A stretch of 63,481 nt of DNA, filler included, from Octopus bimaculoides (GCF_001194135.2; 4 parts of 4 records of this genome joined end to end with filler, not necessarily neighbours in it), one strand, 5' to 3'; counted from the first letter of the whole stretch, positions 14,267-26,616 are shown. The notes: a model not told the origin generated them from the letters alone. A program made the numbers and translations.

Positions 14267-14654
14267 CAGTAGAACCTCGCAGTATGAGTGCCCCATTGTA
14301 TCAGTAATTTGCTGTATGAGCTGAGACACATGCAAATTTTTGTCTTGAAGTACGAGCAGAAATCTGTAGAACAAGCACACAAATCATCCCATCTTTAAGG
14401 TAATTCAGTTAATAAAACCAGTTTACATATTCCTTTTGCATTTTCTTTTTTATAATCGTCATTTTACTTGTAACTACACTTTATCTGTTTTAAAACCCAC
14501 AAAAAAATTTTTTTGAGTGGTTTTTGGGGGGGCTGGAATGAATTAATTATATTTTAGCTAATTTCAATGGGGAAAAATTGATTTGTAAAACGAGTAAATC
14601 ATAAGACGAGCTCAATCATGGAACAAATTAAACTCGTACTGCAAAATATCCCTG
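14267..14654. mobile_element. Tigger/pogo-like MITE
   Basis: TA|CAGTAGAACCTCGCAGTATGAGT ... ACTCGTACTGCAAAATATCCCTG|TA. Confidence 0.6.
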
Positions 14655-16487
14655 TATGTGAAAAAAGTTTCAACATCTTCATGTAAAAATCACTTCAAGA
14701 TGCTATAAAATTAATTATATGATACAATTGACATTAGGAAGGACATCCAGTTGTAGAAACCATGCCAAATCAGATTGGATACTGGTGCAGCTCTGCAGTT
14801 TACCAGTTTTCAGTCAAACCGTCTAACCCATGCCAGCATGGTAAACAGACATTAAATGATGATCATCATCATCATGATGAAACCATGTAATTATAATATA
14901 TACATAATATAACCATTTAATTGTAATTTACACAGTATAACTGACACTCAGTCGGTTATGACAGTGAAGTTTCCAGTTGATCTGATCAATAGAACGGCTT
15001 GCTCGTGAAATTAACATGCATGTGGCTGAGCATTCCACACACAAATATACCCTCAATGCAGTTCTCAGTTGGCAACTCCCTGAGTTGCCAGCTGGGTGGA
15101 TGGGGGTAACAAGAAATAAAATGTCTTGCTCAAGGACACATGGCGACACTGGGAATCAAACTCATGACCTTATGATCATGAACCAAATACCCTAACCACT
15201 GAGCCGTATCCCTTCACTACACAGTATGAACGTGATATACATGTATATATTCAATTTGATTTAAAAAGTAATGCTATCATCAATGCAAGAAGCTTGTTTG
15301 AATTAGTTCACTTTGAATACGTTGCAAGTGATGGACTCTTGACGAAATTGCATACAGAGCAATGCACAGTTGTTGCAGTAGAAACATATGTTGGTCATTG
15401 TTTTATATGCTGTAGAAAACTTAAATAAAAAAGTTTTAGATGTGAATAAATCTCCACTCTGCTCTTGGTTTTCAATTATACATACATATATCATCGTTGT
15501 CATTGTTTAACATCTGATTAGTGTTCATCTTCTGTCTCCACACTTAATCTCACCCCTTATCTGCCCACCTAACCAGCCTCACTTCTCTGGTCCTATTCTT
15601 CCTCTGTCCACCTTCTGGTACCTCGAGAGTACACTCTGATACCTTATCTCCAACATCCTTTCTCCCATTCCTGCTAGGGTACCTAAATATATGCTCTATA
15701 GCAAAACGTCTGTTCCAGTCCTTTTTTCCTATTTTAGCCGCTCTACACATAGCTCAAACCCACCTCCTTCAACACTGCACCCCTACTTTGTCAAGTATAT
15801 ATAGTATAACTGACACTCAGTCAGTTATGACAGTGAAGTTTCTAGTTGATCTGATCAATGGAACGGCTTGCTCATGAAATTAAGATGCATGTGGCCGAGC
15901 ACTTCACAGACAAGTATACCCTCAATGCAGTTCTTAGTTGGCAACTCCCTGCCAACCACTTTACAGTGTGGACTGGATGCTTTTTATGTGGCAGGAGCAC
16001 TGGCAGAATCACCAAGTGACTAGCAAGACAAGGAATTTTGAGAGGGAAGGTTGCATTGGAGGAGGGGATCTTGTGTCAGATGATGAAAGATAGTTTGACA
16101 GAGAGACAGAAACAGGTGTTTTAGAGGATGTACATGGTTATCTGACCAGAGAGAGAAAGAGAGAAGAGCACAACACATCAGGGCCTGTCAAGAAACTCAG
16201 ACATGCTTTTGTAGAGAACAGCAAAAAAATGACAGTTTCCAAAGCAAGTGCTTGCAAACCAATGCACGAGATACACACATGTAAACAACAGAAATATGAA
16301 AACATTAATGCACACATACATTCACAAACACACATGCACACACTGTGTGAGCTGGGATTCCTGTTGACATGCTGCTGATATTTAATAAAGTGTTAAATAT
16401 TTAAGGTATGCAAATTAGTAGCACCAGTTCTTTGAAGCTACTGGATTTATTGTGTAGAGATATAGATTGGTCATGAGATGTAGATAC

Positions 16488-16547
16488 CTCTGATGAGGCC
16501 CCATAAAGGATTGAAAATTGGTTAAGGTTATTCATCACATTTTCAAT
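16488..16547 (-). CDS. Candidate exon (IENVMNNLNQFSILYGASSE), could extend to 16442 or 16425
   Basis: Tandem acceptor tttctCAGTAG. The phase-0 start fits exon 18255. Several possible donors (GAG|GTATCT, A|GTAGCT, CTG|GTGCTA), none strong. Confidence 0.4.
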
Positions 16548-17702
16548 CTACTGAGAAATAGTTAAATTTGCCACGCTCATAAGTCAACTTATTACATAGC
16601 TTTACATATGTACATGCATGCATATACAATTGGCTTCTTTAGGTTTCCATTTCCCAAATCCACTCACAAGCCTTTGGTAAGGCTGGTAGGCTATAGCAGA
16701 AGATATTAGCCTGCCCAAAGTGTTATGCGGTGGGACTGAATCAGAAACCACAAGTGAATTTTTTAACCACACAATTATGCCCACACTTAATATGTGAACA
16801 TAGTATATATTGTATACATAGAAATTTACATAGCTTTTTTTTCAGATAAGATAATGCAAGCAACTATAACAATCTACCACTTGTACTCAGATTGGGAACC
16901 TGACCTGCACCGATAAATCAAGTGGCCAAGTTAAACAGGTTCACAAATTAATACTAAGATTCAAAAACAATGATTTCTCAATCAGATTCCCACACTGTTT
17001 CTCTCATCCAAATTTCAATCATAACATACATTTGTTAGCTGCGAAGATGTTGATTAAATAGAGAGAGAGATAAAGTATAAGAAGAGAGGAAGAGGTGGTG
17101 ATGTCTGATACTACTTTTTTTTTTTAATAATATCTCTCCATTATTCATAAAGATATATTGTCATTGTTTAGTGCATCAATAATTATGAGTTTAATATACT
17201 GGATGATAATAAAACCTTAACTATAAGACCATAAAATTTAAGATATACTGATGCTTTTAGCTTTAGCTAGAAACTAATTAACTCTTATTACAGTGAAAAG
17301 TAGACATATCCACTCAAAATTTCATTAGTCTTAATTGTAAAAGGCAATCTATAGATACTAATCAAACTTTTGTTGAGGAATGTCATGTTTGAAACTATTT
17401 TCTGTTGATATATGTTAAACTGTTGTGTGCGTGTGTGTGTGTGTGCACGCGTGCGTGCGTGCGTGTGCATATTTGTGTCTCCTTATCTTAACACTGCGTG
17501 ACAGTTGTAAAATGTTAGTCGCTCTCATACAGGCTGTGTCATTCATTTCCAATATTCTAAAAGAACATGTCTGGTCATGGGAAAATATTGCCTTGCTTGG
17601 AAACAGGTGAGGGTTGGCAGAAGAAAGGGCATTTTATCGTAGAAAATTTGCCTCAATAAAATTCTGTCCAAGCCATGCAAACATGGGAGAGTGGAAGCTT
17701 AA

Positions 17703-17919
17703 CTCTTCAGCATTCAGATAACTGTCAAATGTAATGCTTACTTCTTCACATTGTTTCGAATTAACTATGCATTATCTTGTCGCTTCAAGATTTCAATGAT
17801 GTTATCGTTTATGTTTAGAATGACATCATAGGAAAGGTGTGAGAGGCCAGATCTGGCCAGACTGAACATAAAATAGGTAGAATATTTGGACAGGTATGGC
17901 CAGTTTCAATGCTAATGGG
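17703..17919. mobile_element. piggyBac-like MITE (second family), nested in a (GAT)n repeat
   Basis: TTAA flanks and tagcatt/aatgcta TIRs. Related copies at 4535-4755 and 29798-30019. Confidence 0.7.
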
Positions 17920-18254
17920 TTAAACAATGACGATGATAATGATGATGATGTTATAGCAATTTCGTAGTGAAGATAAATAAGAGATGTTTCCCATGGAGTT
18001 TCCATGAGTCTGGCTAGTACATGATAAAATCTAAGTAATATGTTTCCTGGGGTTAAACAACAGCAGTTTTCGTCCCAGCTGGAACTGCCACATTAGGTTG
18101 GCAACTAATCTTTACTTTAAAGTACTGCTACTGAACATCTCTCGTTGAGAGATTTAGGAACAATAATGTTTCTGTTTAATATATTATTATACATAGTATA
18201 CACTTAATACATATTAAACATACATACATAGAATGAAAACAATTTCCTACTCAC

Positions 18255-18351
18255 ATTTTTGGTTAAAACCTCTTTCTCAGTTTCTAGAAGTTTGATTAGC
18301 TGTTCATTTTCTACCTTTTCCTTCAGCAGTCGTCTATTTTCTTCTTTTAAT
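18255..18351 (-). CDS. Internal coding exon of coiled-coil protein gene (LKEENRRLLKEKVENEQLIKLLETEKEVLTKN)
   Basis: Acceptor ttattatttcAG, 97 nt open frame (phase 2 to 0), donor AAT|GTGAGT, E/K/L heptad-like composition. Too short for the ORF track. Confidence 0.8.
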
Positions 18352-18950
18352 CTGAAATAATAATGAAATAATTCATAATTTTGATGTTAAAAAAAAAGAA
18401 TGAATAATAAGAAATATTCAGGTGTTAGGATTTTTAAGTTTTTGACAATTTACATAGGATCAATGCAAAGAAAAAATATAGAGCTCCAATGTCTGCTTTG
18501 CCAAAGTTTCTAAGATTTGGATGCCTTTCTTAAGGCCACCCACTTTACAGGGTGTACTAGGTGCTTTTTACACAACACCAACACTAGTGAGGTCACCAAA
18601 TAATGGGTAAACCCCCCCCCTCCAGTCATGTATGACCATAAGATTGCACCTAGAAAATTACTCTCCAAGGCACAAGTCCAGGCAAAGTTACCCATGCATA
18701 CCAGCCTCCCTTCTCCATGCCATCAATGTTATCCAAGGGAAAGGCAAAGGCCGATACAGCTTGACACTAGTAACATTGCAACTCATTTCTACAGTTGAGT
18801 GAACTAGAGCAATGTGAAAATAAAGTGTCTTGCTCAAGAATACAACACACAGCCCAGTCTGTGAATCAAACTCACTACCTCATGACTGTGAGCCCGATGC
18901 TCTAACCAGTGAGCCATGCGCCTTCAACAAATAACTTGCATGATAAGACC

Positions 18951-19570
18951 ACTTGACAAAGTAAGGGTGCAATGTTGAAGGAGGTGGGTTTGGGCTATAC
19001 GTAGAGTGGCTAAAATAGGAAAGATGGTCAGGAACAGGTATCTTGCTATAGAGCAAATACTTAGGTACCCTAGCAGGAATGGAAGAAAGGATGGCAGAGG
19101 TAAGGTATCAGAGTGTACTCTCCAGGTACCAAAAGGTGGACAGAAGAACAGGACCAGTGAAGTGAGGCTGGTTAGGTGGGCAGATAAGGGCTGAGATTAA
19201 GTGTGGAGCAGACAGATGAACACTAAACAATGACAGAGGTCAAGCGTACATAGGGGTGGATACAGCGCGTTACAAAAACAGGCATCAAGGTCAGAAACGA
19301 AGGGGTGTTCAAAGGGAAAGTATGTGTTCATACAACATATAGTGGTAAGGGATGATGTTGGAGGTGCAGGATGGGTGGCAAAAGGAGTCGTTCCAAGAAG
19401 AGGGATTACTGGTAGCACAAAAAGGGGGAATATGTGCAGTTCTATTCTCATATAATTATAACAGTGGGGGAAACAGTGCTGTAACTAGAGGAGTGGGTCT
19501 TACGAAAGATGAGTTGCTGGGAAAGTTTGACAGGCACAAATTGATGGGAGGATGGACAGTGATGATGTGC
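18951..19570 (-). mobile_element. Penelope-like element fragment (inverted homolog at 15537-15796)
   Basis: ORFs 19006..19194(+) and 15550..15750(-) encode nearly the same peptide. The family assignment comes from recalled Octopus PLE sequence. Confidence 0.45.
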
Positions 19571-20047
19571 TTTTAAAAGGTCATATCTGCTGAGATAGAC
19601 GGATGTATGTGTGTATATGTTTGTGCCTCCTTTTCTTGACATCACGTGATAAGCTATAAATGAGTATCACTTTCATATAAACAGTGTCATTTCCAGTATT
19701 CTGAGAAAAAATGTCAGGCCAAGGGGAATATTACCTTGTTTGGAAACAGGTGAGGTTTGCTGATGGGAAGGGCATTCGGCTGTAGAAAATATGCCTTAGT
19801 AAATTCTGACCAACCCATGCAAGCATGGAAAAGTGGACTTTAAAATGATGATGATGATGATATATGTGTATGTGTTTGTGCATGTACCTGTGTAAGTATA
19901 TGATTTAGTTAGCAAGTTAAAATATCAGGTTTCTTTCTTTATAAAATACTCTCCACCCCTATTAACTTTCATTTCCTCATTTCTCTTTCTATTTTTCATT
20001 TCCCTTTCTATCTCTCTCTACATTTTATTTTCTCCAATCCCCCCCCA

Positions 20048-20124
<77 letters not shown>

Positions 20125-21383
20125 NNNNNNNNNNNNNNNNNNNNNNNNNNNNNNNNNNNNNNNNNNNNNNNNNNNNNNNNNNNNNNNNNNNNNNNNNNNN
20201 NNNNNNNNNNNNNNNNNNNNNNNNNNNNNNNNNNNNNNNNNNNNNNNNNNNNNNNNNNNNNNNNNNNNNNNNNNNNNNNNNNNNNNNNNNNNNNNNNNNN
20301 NNNNNNNNNNNNNNNNNNNNNNNNNNNNNNNNNNNNNNNNNNNNNNNNNNNNNNNNNNNNNNNNNNNNNNNNNNNNNNNNNNNNNNNNNNNNNNNNNNNN
20401 NNNNNNNNNNNNNNNNNNNNNNNNNNNNNNNNNNNNNNNNNNNNNNNNNNNNNNNNNNNNNNNNNNNNNNNNNNNNNNNNNNNNNNNNNNNNNNNNNNNN
20501 NNNNNNNNNNNNNNNNNNNNNNNNNNNNNNNNNNNNNNNNNNNNNNNNNNNNNNNNNNNNNNNNNNNNNNNNNNNNNNNNNNNNNNNNNNNNNNNNNNNN
20601 NNNNNNNNNNNNNGGTGTACATAAACAAGAAACAACAACTCAAACAAAATCAACAATAACTGCTCCTGCTTCCATACATGACTAAACCCCACCCCACCTC
20701 CACCCACAAGTACATGGAAGTGGGTGCGGTGGGGGTTTCCATTCAATAAGAATGCCAATATTTCAAAAAATTATTTTCTGTTGGGTTTATTTATGTATTT
20801 ATTTATTTATTTACTGAAAGAAATCTGCATTCAGACAAATATCTAAAATTAATATTAGATTTAAAAAAATAAAAAAATGGAGGCGGAAACTATCACTATC
20901 ATTATCACTAACATCATTAAAATCATCACAACCAATCATCATCACCATCATCATCATTGTTATTTTCTTCATCATCATAATCAGCAGCATCACTATAACC
21001 ATCACCATCATTATAACAACCATTTATTTATCATAATACTTCTCCCTACTATCTTTATAACCATCATTACAATGAGCTGGCAGAATTATTAGTGTCAGAA
21101 AAAAAAGGCGCTTTGCAGTATTTGTTCCAGCTCTTTAAGTTGTGAGTTCAAATCCTGCCAAGCTTAACTTTACCATTCATCCCTCCAGGGTCAATAAAAC
21201 AAAATACCAAAAGTCAAGCACATGAGTCAATGGCACCGACTAGTCTCCTTCCCCTCAAATTTGTTGGCCATGTGCATAAATCAGAACCATCATCATCACT
21301 ATTTAACATGTTTTTCCATGCTGTCATGGGTTGGAAGGTACGGCAGGAAGTGGTAAACCAGAGAACGGTGCCATGCTCTACTG

Positions 21384-21622
21384 CAGTGTTTCTCAACCTT
21401 TTTACCTTTGCGTAACCCTTTAAAATAAGTTACATATCTCAAGAAACACCTGTACAAAAAAAAAATTATATACCGTATCTTTCTCATATTTTTTGCATCG
21501 AAGTTCTCATGGTAAANNNNNNNNNNNNNNNNNNNNNNNNNNNNNNNNNNNNNNNNNNNNNNNNNNNNNNNNNNNNNNNNNNNNNNNNNNNNNNNNNNNN
21601 NNNNNNNNNNNNNATATATAAA

Positions 21623-21662
<40 letters not shown>

Positions 21663-21939
21663 CCCCTAAAACTCGAGAACTACACAACCAATTTCATTCA
21701 AATTTTACACATGCCTTACCTAGGGTCCCAGTTCTGCTTTAGTCAAAAACCATTTTAACTTCTTGCATGCTTCCAGCCCACAGCAACATCATATCTCCTC
21801 CACTATTTAAGTATTACGCGTCAAAAGTGAAACAAAAACACGCATGTCATTCGAACCGGAATCTCAAAAATATTGTCCCCTTACATCTCATTCACATTTA
21901 AGTACCACGACAGGCAAATAAAAATTACATATATATATG

Positions 21940-22038
<99 letters not shown>

Positions 22039-22217
22039 TTATATTTCTTTTTTTTCTTTTTGATAACATAATAGGATGATGTCTATATTACAATAACCAA
22101 TATGTTGGGCATGTATAGTAATATTATGATAATAAAATTAGCATTAGCTTATCCCACTCTTCTAAGGAACCTTTTACAGAGCCCTAGGGTTCCGGGGACC
22201 CCAGTTGAGAAACACGA
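21384..22217. mobile_element. hAT-like non-autonomous element with nested repeats
   Basis: TIRs cagtgtttctcaac / gttgagaaacac. Near-identical 8-bp flanks ctctactg / ctctactt. Confidence 0.65.
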
Positions 22218-22532
22218 CTCTACTTTCTGCTTTGGCACGTTTTTTTGTTTTTTTTTTATGGCTGGATGCCATTTCTAATGCCAACTACTTTATAGAGTGT
22301 ACTGCATGCCTTTTCATGTGGTACCAGCATCAGCAAGGTCATCAATTAACTTGCAAGACAAAGACTGTTGTATTGAGAGAGGTAGCTTTGTACCAGGTGA
22401 TGAAAGGTTAAAGTATGATAGATAGAGAGAAACAGGTATCTTGCTGCAGAGAAGATATATGGCTACCCAGCTGAGAAAAGAAGAAGAGAGGGAAAATATA
22501 GGGAGAGAAATAATCATTATAATTATCAATAT

Positions 22533-22949
22533 AAGCGTAGGAGTGGCTGTGTGGTAAGCAGCTTGCTTACCAACCACATGGTTCCGGGTTCAGTCCCACT
22601 GTGTGGCACCTTGGGCAAGTGTCTTCTACTATAGCCTCGGGCCGACCAAAGCCTTGTGAGTGGATTTGATTTGGTAGATGGAAACTGAAAGAAGCCCGTC
22701 GTATATATGTATATATATATTTATGTGTGTGTATATGTTTGTGTGTCTGTGTCTGTCCCCCAAAATCGCTTGACAACCGATGCTGGTGTGTTTACGCACC
22801 CCGTAACTTAGCGGTTCGGTAAAAGAGACCGAGAGAATAAGTACTAGGCTTGCAAAGAATAAGTCCTGGGGTCGATTTACTCGACTAAAAGACGGTGCTC
22901 CAGCATGACCACAGTCAAATGACTGAAACAAGTAAAAGAGTAAAAGAGT
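22533..22949 (+). mobile_element. tRNA-derived SINE, family D (gtaggagtggctgtgtggtaag head, internal TA/TG microsatellite)
   Basis: tRNA-like head. Related copies at about 5101-5490(-), 24700-25070(+), 35640-35890(-) and 49990-50165(-). Confidence 0.85.
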
Positions 22950-23138
22950 ATCATTATCATCATAAGGTGGCAAGCTGGCAGAGTTGTTAGCACTTTGGGT
23001 AAAATGCTTAGTGGCATTTCATCTGTCTTTATGTTCTGAGTTCAAATTCTACCAAGGTCAACTTTGACTTTCATCCCTTTTGGGGTTAATAAAATAAATA
23101 CCAATTGAACACAGGTCAATGTAATTGATTTACACCCT

Positions 23139-23298
23139 CCTGCTAGTTGGAGATGCCTGTCAAGCTGATTTCACTCATTTCAAAAATAGAAATAACACAT
23201 TTAGAAATGTATTATTTCTATTTTTGATATCAATGAATGTGTTTCACTAGAACCATTATATGTTTACGAGAGCTTGACATCCATCTCCAACTAGCAGG
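23139..23298. repeat. Nested inverted repeat / hairpin
   Basis: 28-bp outer arms (23139-23166 / 23271-23298, 2 mismatches) and perfect 16-bp inner arms (23180-23195 / 23212-23227). Confidence 0.85.
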
Positions 23299-23309
23299 CC
23301 ATTGCTACT

Positions 23310-23350
23310 CCACACTGATGACAAGCAAAGACTCAGAAACATGTCTCTGG
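23310..23350 (+). ncRNA. Type-I hammerhead-like motif with intact core
   Basis: CCACA-CTGATGA-caag caaaga ctca-GAAA-CATGTC-TCTGG: palindromic ACATGT stem III and GUC. Stem II is mismatched. Confidence 0.4.
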
Positions 23351-23703
23351 ATGCAGGCTTAGCTAAGTAGAGGTGCTTTGTCTCCCCCTTGTAAACATAA
23401 GGACACAGGAAATGTGTCAAGGCCAACAGGAAGCAGTGCTGATTCCTAGGGCTAAATAGCAGTAGTATTATTCCCTTCATGACAGTGCCATGTAAAGAGC
23501 ACTGGTAATGGTGTCACATAAAAAGCACTGATGACGGTGCCACATAAAAAGCACCCAGTACACACTGCAAAAGTGGTTATCATTAGGAAGGGCATCCGGC
23601 TGTAGAAACCAAGCCAAAACGGACAATGGAACCCAATGTTGCCCCTAGCCTTGCCAGCTCTTGTCAAGCCATCCAACCCATGCCAGCATAGAAAACAGAC
23701 AGA

Positions 23704-23737
<34 letters not shown>

Positions 23738-23749
23738 GATAATGAAAAT

Positions 23750-24130
23750 CTGAGCATTGTGATTAGTGCAGGGCCTGGGACAAGTTTGGATACAACAAGG
23801 ATGATGAGAAGAGAGGTAGTAAAACAGGAATGCCTGAATGAAAGTGACAAGAGTTCAGACAAAACTGAGGAACAGAGGCCATGATATTAGCATTAGAAAA
23901 GGCAAAGAGAACACAGAGTGATTATAGGGCAAAGGCTGGAGCATTCATGCCAATCAGATAGCCCTTTCCTGGGTCTAGCCAGAGATGCCTGTTTTTATAC
24001 CAATCAAATGAATGTTTTGTTTTTTTGTGTTTTGGATGCAGTCTAGGCTGTCTGCAATGTGAGGACAGTAGTCCATTGAGGGTTTCATTTGAGTCTTGTA
24101 ATCTTAACCAGCAAATATGGTCATAAAACA
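23750..24130 (-). mobile_element. Degenerate CR1-like LINE 3' fragment
   Basis: The translation resembles the CR1 ORF2 C-terminus, and a (CAT)n-type tail region is adjacent. Confidence 0.3.
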
Positions 24131-24418
24131 CAGTCACATACACACATCGATATAAGATATAACAACAAGGCATGCACACAAACTATAAATCCAATAACTT
24201 TAACTAACAAACAATGTTAGTCATTAATATTGTCTTTTACTCATCGCATAATCAAGTCTCATTAGAGTTTTAATAATCATTTCCATTATACATGTTAACA
24301 CTATTAACATTAACTTATTGTTACTTTTTGCATGCAGATGATGTGTCTGAGTAATCATCCTCATTGATTTATTTTGCTATATTCAACAAATACATGGCTT
24401 ATTACACATTACACAATG

Positions 24419-24475
<57 letters not shown>

Positions 24476-25118
24476 ACACAAATTATTCACACATACACAC
24501 AAAATGTAAACATTAACCTTTGAACATACCAAAAATAAATCACACATATACACATAATACTAAAAAGAACTACACACACACACACACAAATGCAATGCAA
24601 ACTATATACATACATAATGCAAACTACATACAAACACAATGTCAACTATGTGTGCATGTGTGTGTGCACACATAAAATACATAGACATACCATGCAAACA
24701 GGGGCAGGCATGGCTGTAAGGTAAGAAGCTTGCTTCCCAACCACATGGTTCAGTCCCATTGTGTGACACCTTGGGTAAGTGTCTTCTACTGTAGCCTCGG
24801 GCTGACCAAAGTCTTGTGAGTGGATTTGGTAGACAGAAACTGAAAGAAGCCCATTGTCTGTGTGTGTCTTTGTCTCCCACCAACCACCATTTGACAACCA
24901 GTGTTGGTGTGTTTACATTCCCATAACTTAACATTTTGGCAAAAGAGACTGACAGAATAAGTAATGTGTATTTAACCAAAAAAAAAAGTACTGAGGTTGA
25001 TTTATTAGATTAAAAGTTCTTCAAGGTGGTGCCCCAGCATGGCCACAGTCTAACTGCAACAACTTAAAGATATAAGATAACTACACTAAAAACATCACAC
25101 ACAAAGTAAATTATATAG

Positions 25119-25155
<37 letters not shown>

Positions 25156-25342
25156 CACCCCCACATGCTAATGAAATTAGTAACAAAATAATATTGAAAT
25201 AAAGAGAAATAGAGTTGCCCTCCTTTCTTTGAAAGTCTTCCCCACATCATCATGATCACCACATGAGAAAACTACTAAACGTCCACAAGGTCGCTCAACC
25301 TCCTAGAAATAGCAGTCAAACATTCTCAAGCCACACCTTTAA

Positions 25343-25551
25343 CCCTTTCTTTTGAGATGCTCTGTGTTTCTTTCAGTTAATTTTAAATATGACAAAGAAT
25401 TTAGTAAAATAACTTAGTTATCATTAAGCTAGTATTAGAAACATAAATTGTGACTAAGGTTTAGTGGAAGATTTTAATTCAAAACTTATGAAAACAAGAC
25501 ATTTGTACTACAGAGTCAGAGGCGGTTTCAGCTGGGTTGGTATGGAAAGGG
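25343..25551. mobile_element. piggyBac-like MITE
   Basis: TTAA|CCCTTTC ... GAAAGGG|TTAA, i.e. TTAA TSD with CCC/GGG termini. Confidence 0.7.
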
Positions 25552-26555
25552 TTAAAGAAAAAAAGGGCACACTGAACAACATACATGCTTGCATGCACAC
25601 GCGCACACATTGTCCAGTGAAGGCTAAGTAGGCCGAAACTTTGAAGTCACTGTAAACTCTTTTCTTGTTAAAGAATACATACTCAACAAAAAATATTCAA
25701 TAATCCTTCNNNNNNNNNNNNNNNNNNNNNNNNNNNNNNNNNNNNNNNNNNNNNNNNNNNNNNNNNNNNNNNNNNNNNNNNNNNNNNNNNNNNNNNNNNN
25801 NNNNNNNNNNNNNNNNNNNNNNNNNNNNNNNNNNNNNNNNNNNNNNNNNNNNNNNNNNNNNNNNNNNNNNNNNNNNNNNNNNNNNNNNNNNNNNNNNNNN
25901 NNNNNNNNNNNNNNNNNNNNNNNNNNNNNNNNNNNNNNNNNNNNNNNNNNNNNNNNNNNNNNNNNNNNNNNNNNNNNNNNNNNNNNNNNNNNNNNNNNNN
26001 NNNNNNNNNNNNNNNNNNNNNNNNNNNNNNNNNNNNNNNNNNNNNNNNNNNNNNNNNNNNNNNNNNNNNNNNNNNNNNNNNNNNNNNNNNNNNNNNNNNN
26101 NNNNNNNNNNNNNNNNNNNNNNNNNNNNNNNNNNNNNNNNNNNNNNNNNNNNNNNNNNNNNNNNNNNNNNNNNNNNNNNNNNNNNNNNNNNNNNNNNNNN
26201 NNNNNNNNNNNNNNNNNNNNNNNNNNNNNNNNNNNNNNNNNNNNNNNNNNNNNNNNNNNNNNNNNNNNNNNNNNNNNNNNNNNNNNNNNNNNNNNNNNNN
26301 NNNNNNNNNNNNNNNNNNNNNNNNNNNNNNNNNNNNNNNNNNNNNNNNNNNNNNNNNNNNNNNNNNNNNNNNNNNNNNNNNNNNNNNNNNNNNNNNNNNN
26401 NNNNNNNNNNNNNNNNNNNNNNNNNNNNNNNNNNNNNNNNNNNNNNNNNNNNNNNNNNNNNNNNNNNNNNNNNNNNNNNNNNNNNNNNNNNNNNNNNNNN
26501 NNNNNNNNNNNNNNNNNNNNNNNNNNNNNNNNNNNNNNNNNNNNNNNNNNNNNNN

Positions 26556-26574
26556 TGTGTGAGAGAGAGAGAGA

Positions 26575-26616
<42 letters not shown>

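Noticed and set aside
20811-21092. His/Ile-rich and Met-rich ORFs
   Set aside because: Translations of a degenerate (CAT)n tract.
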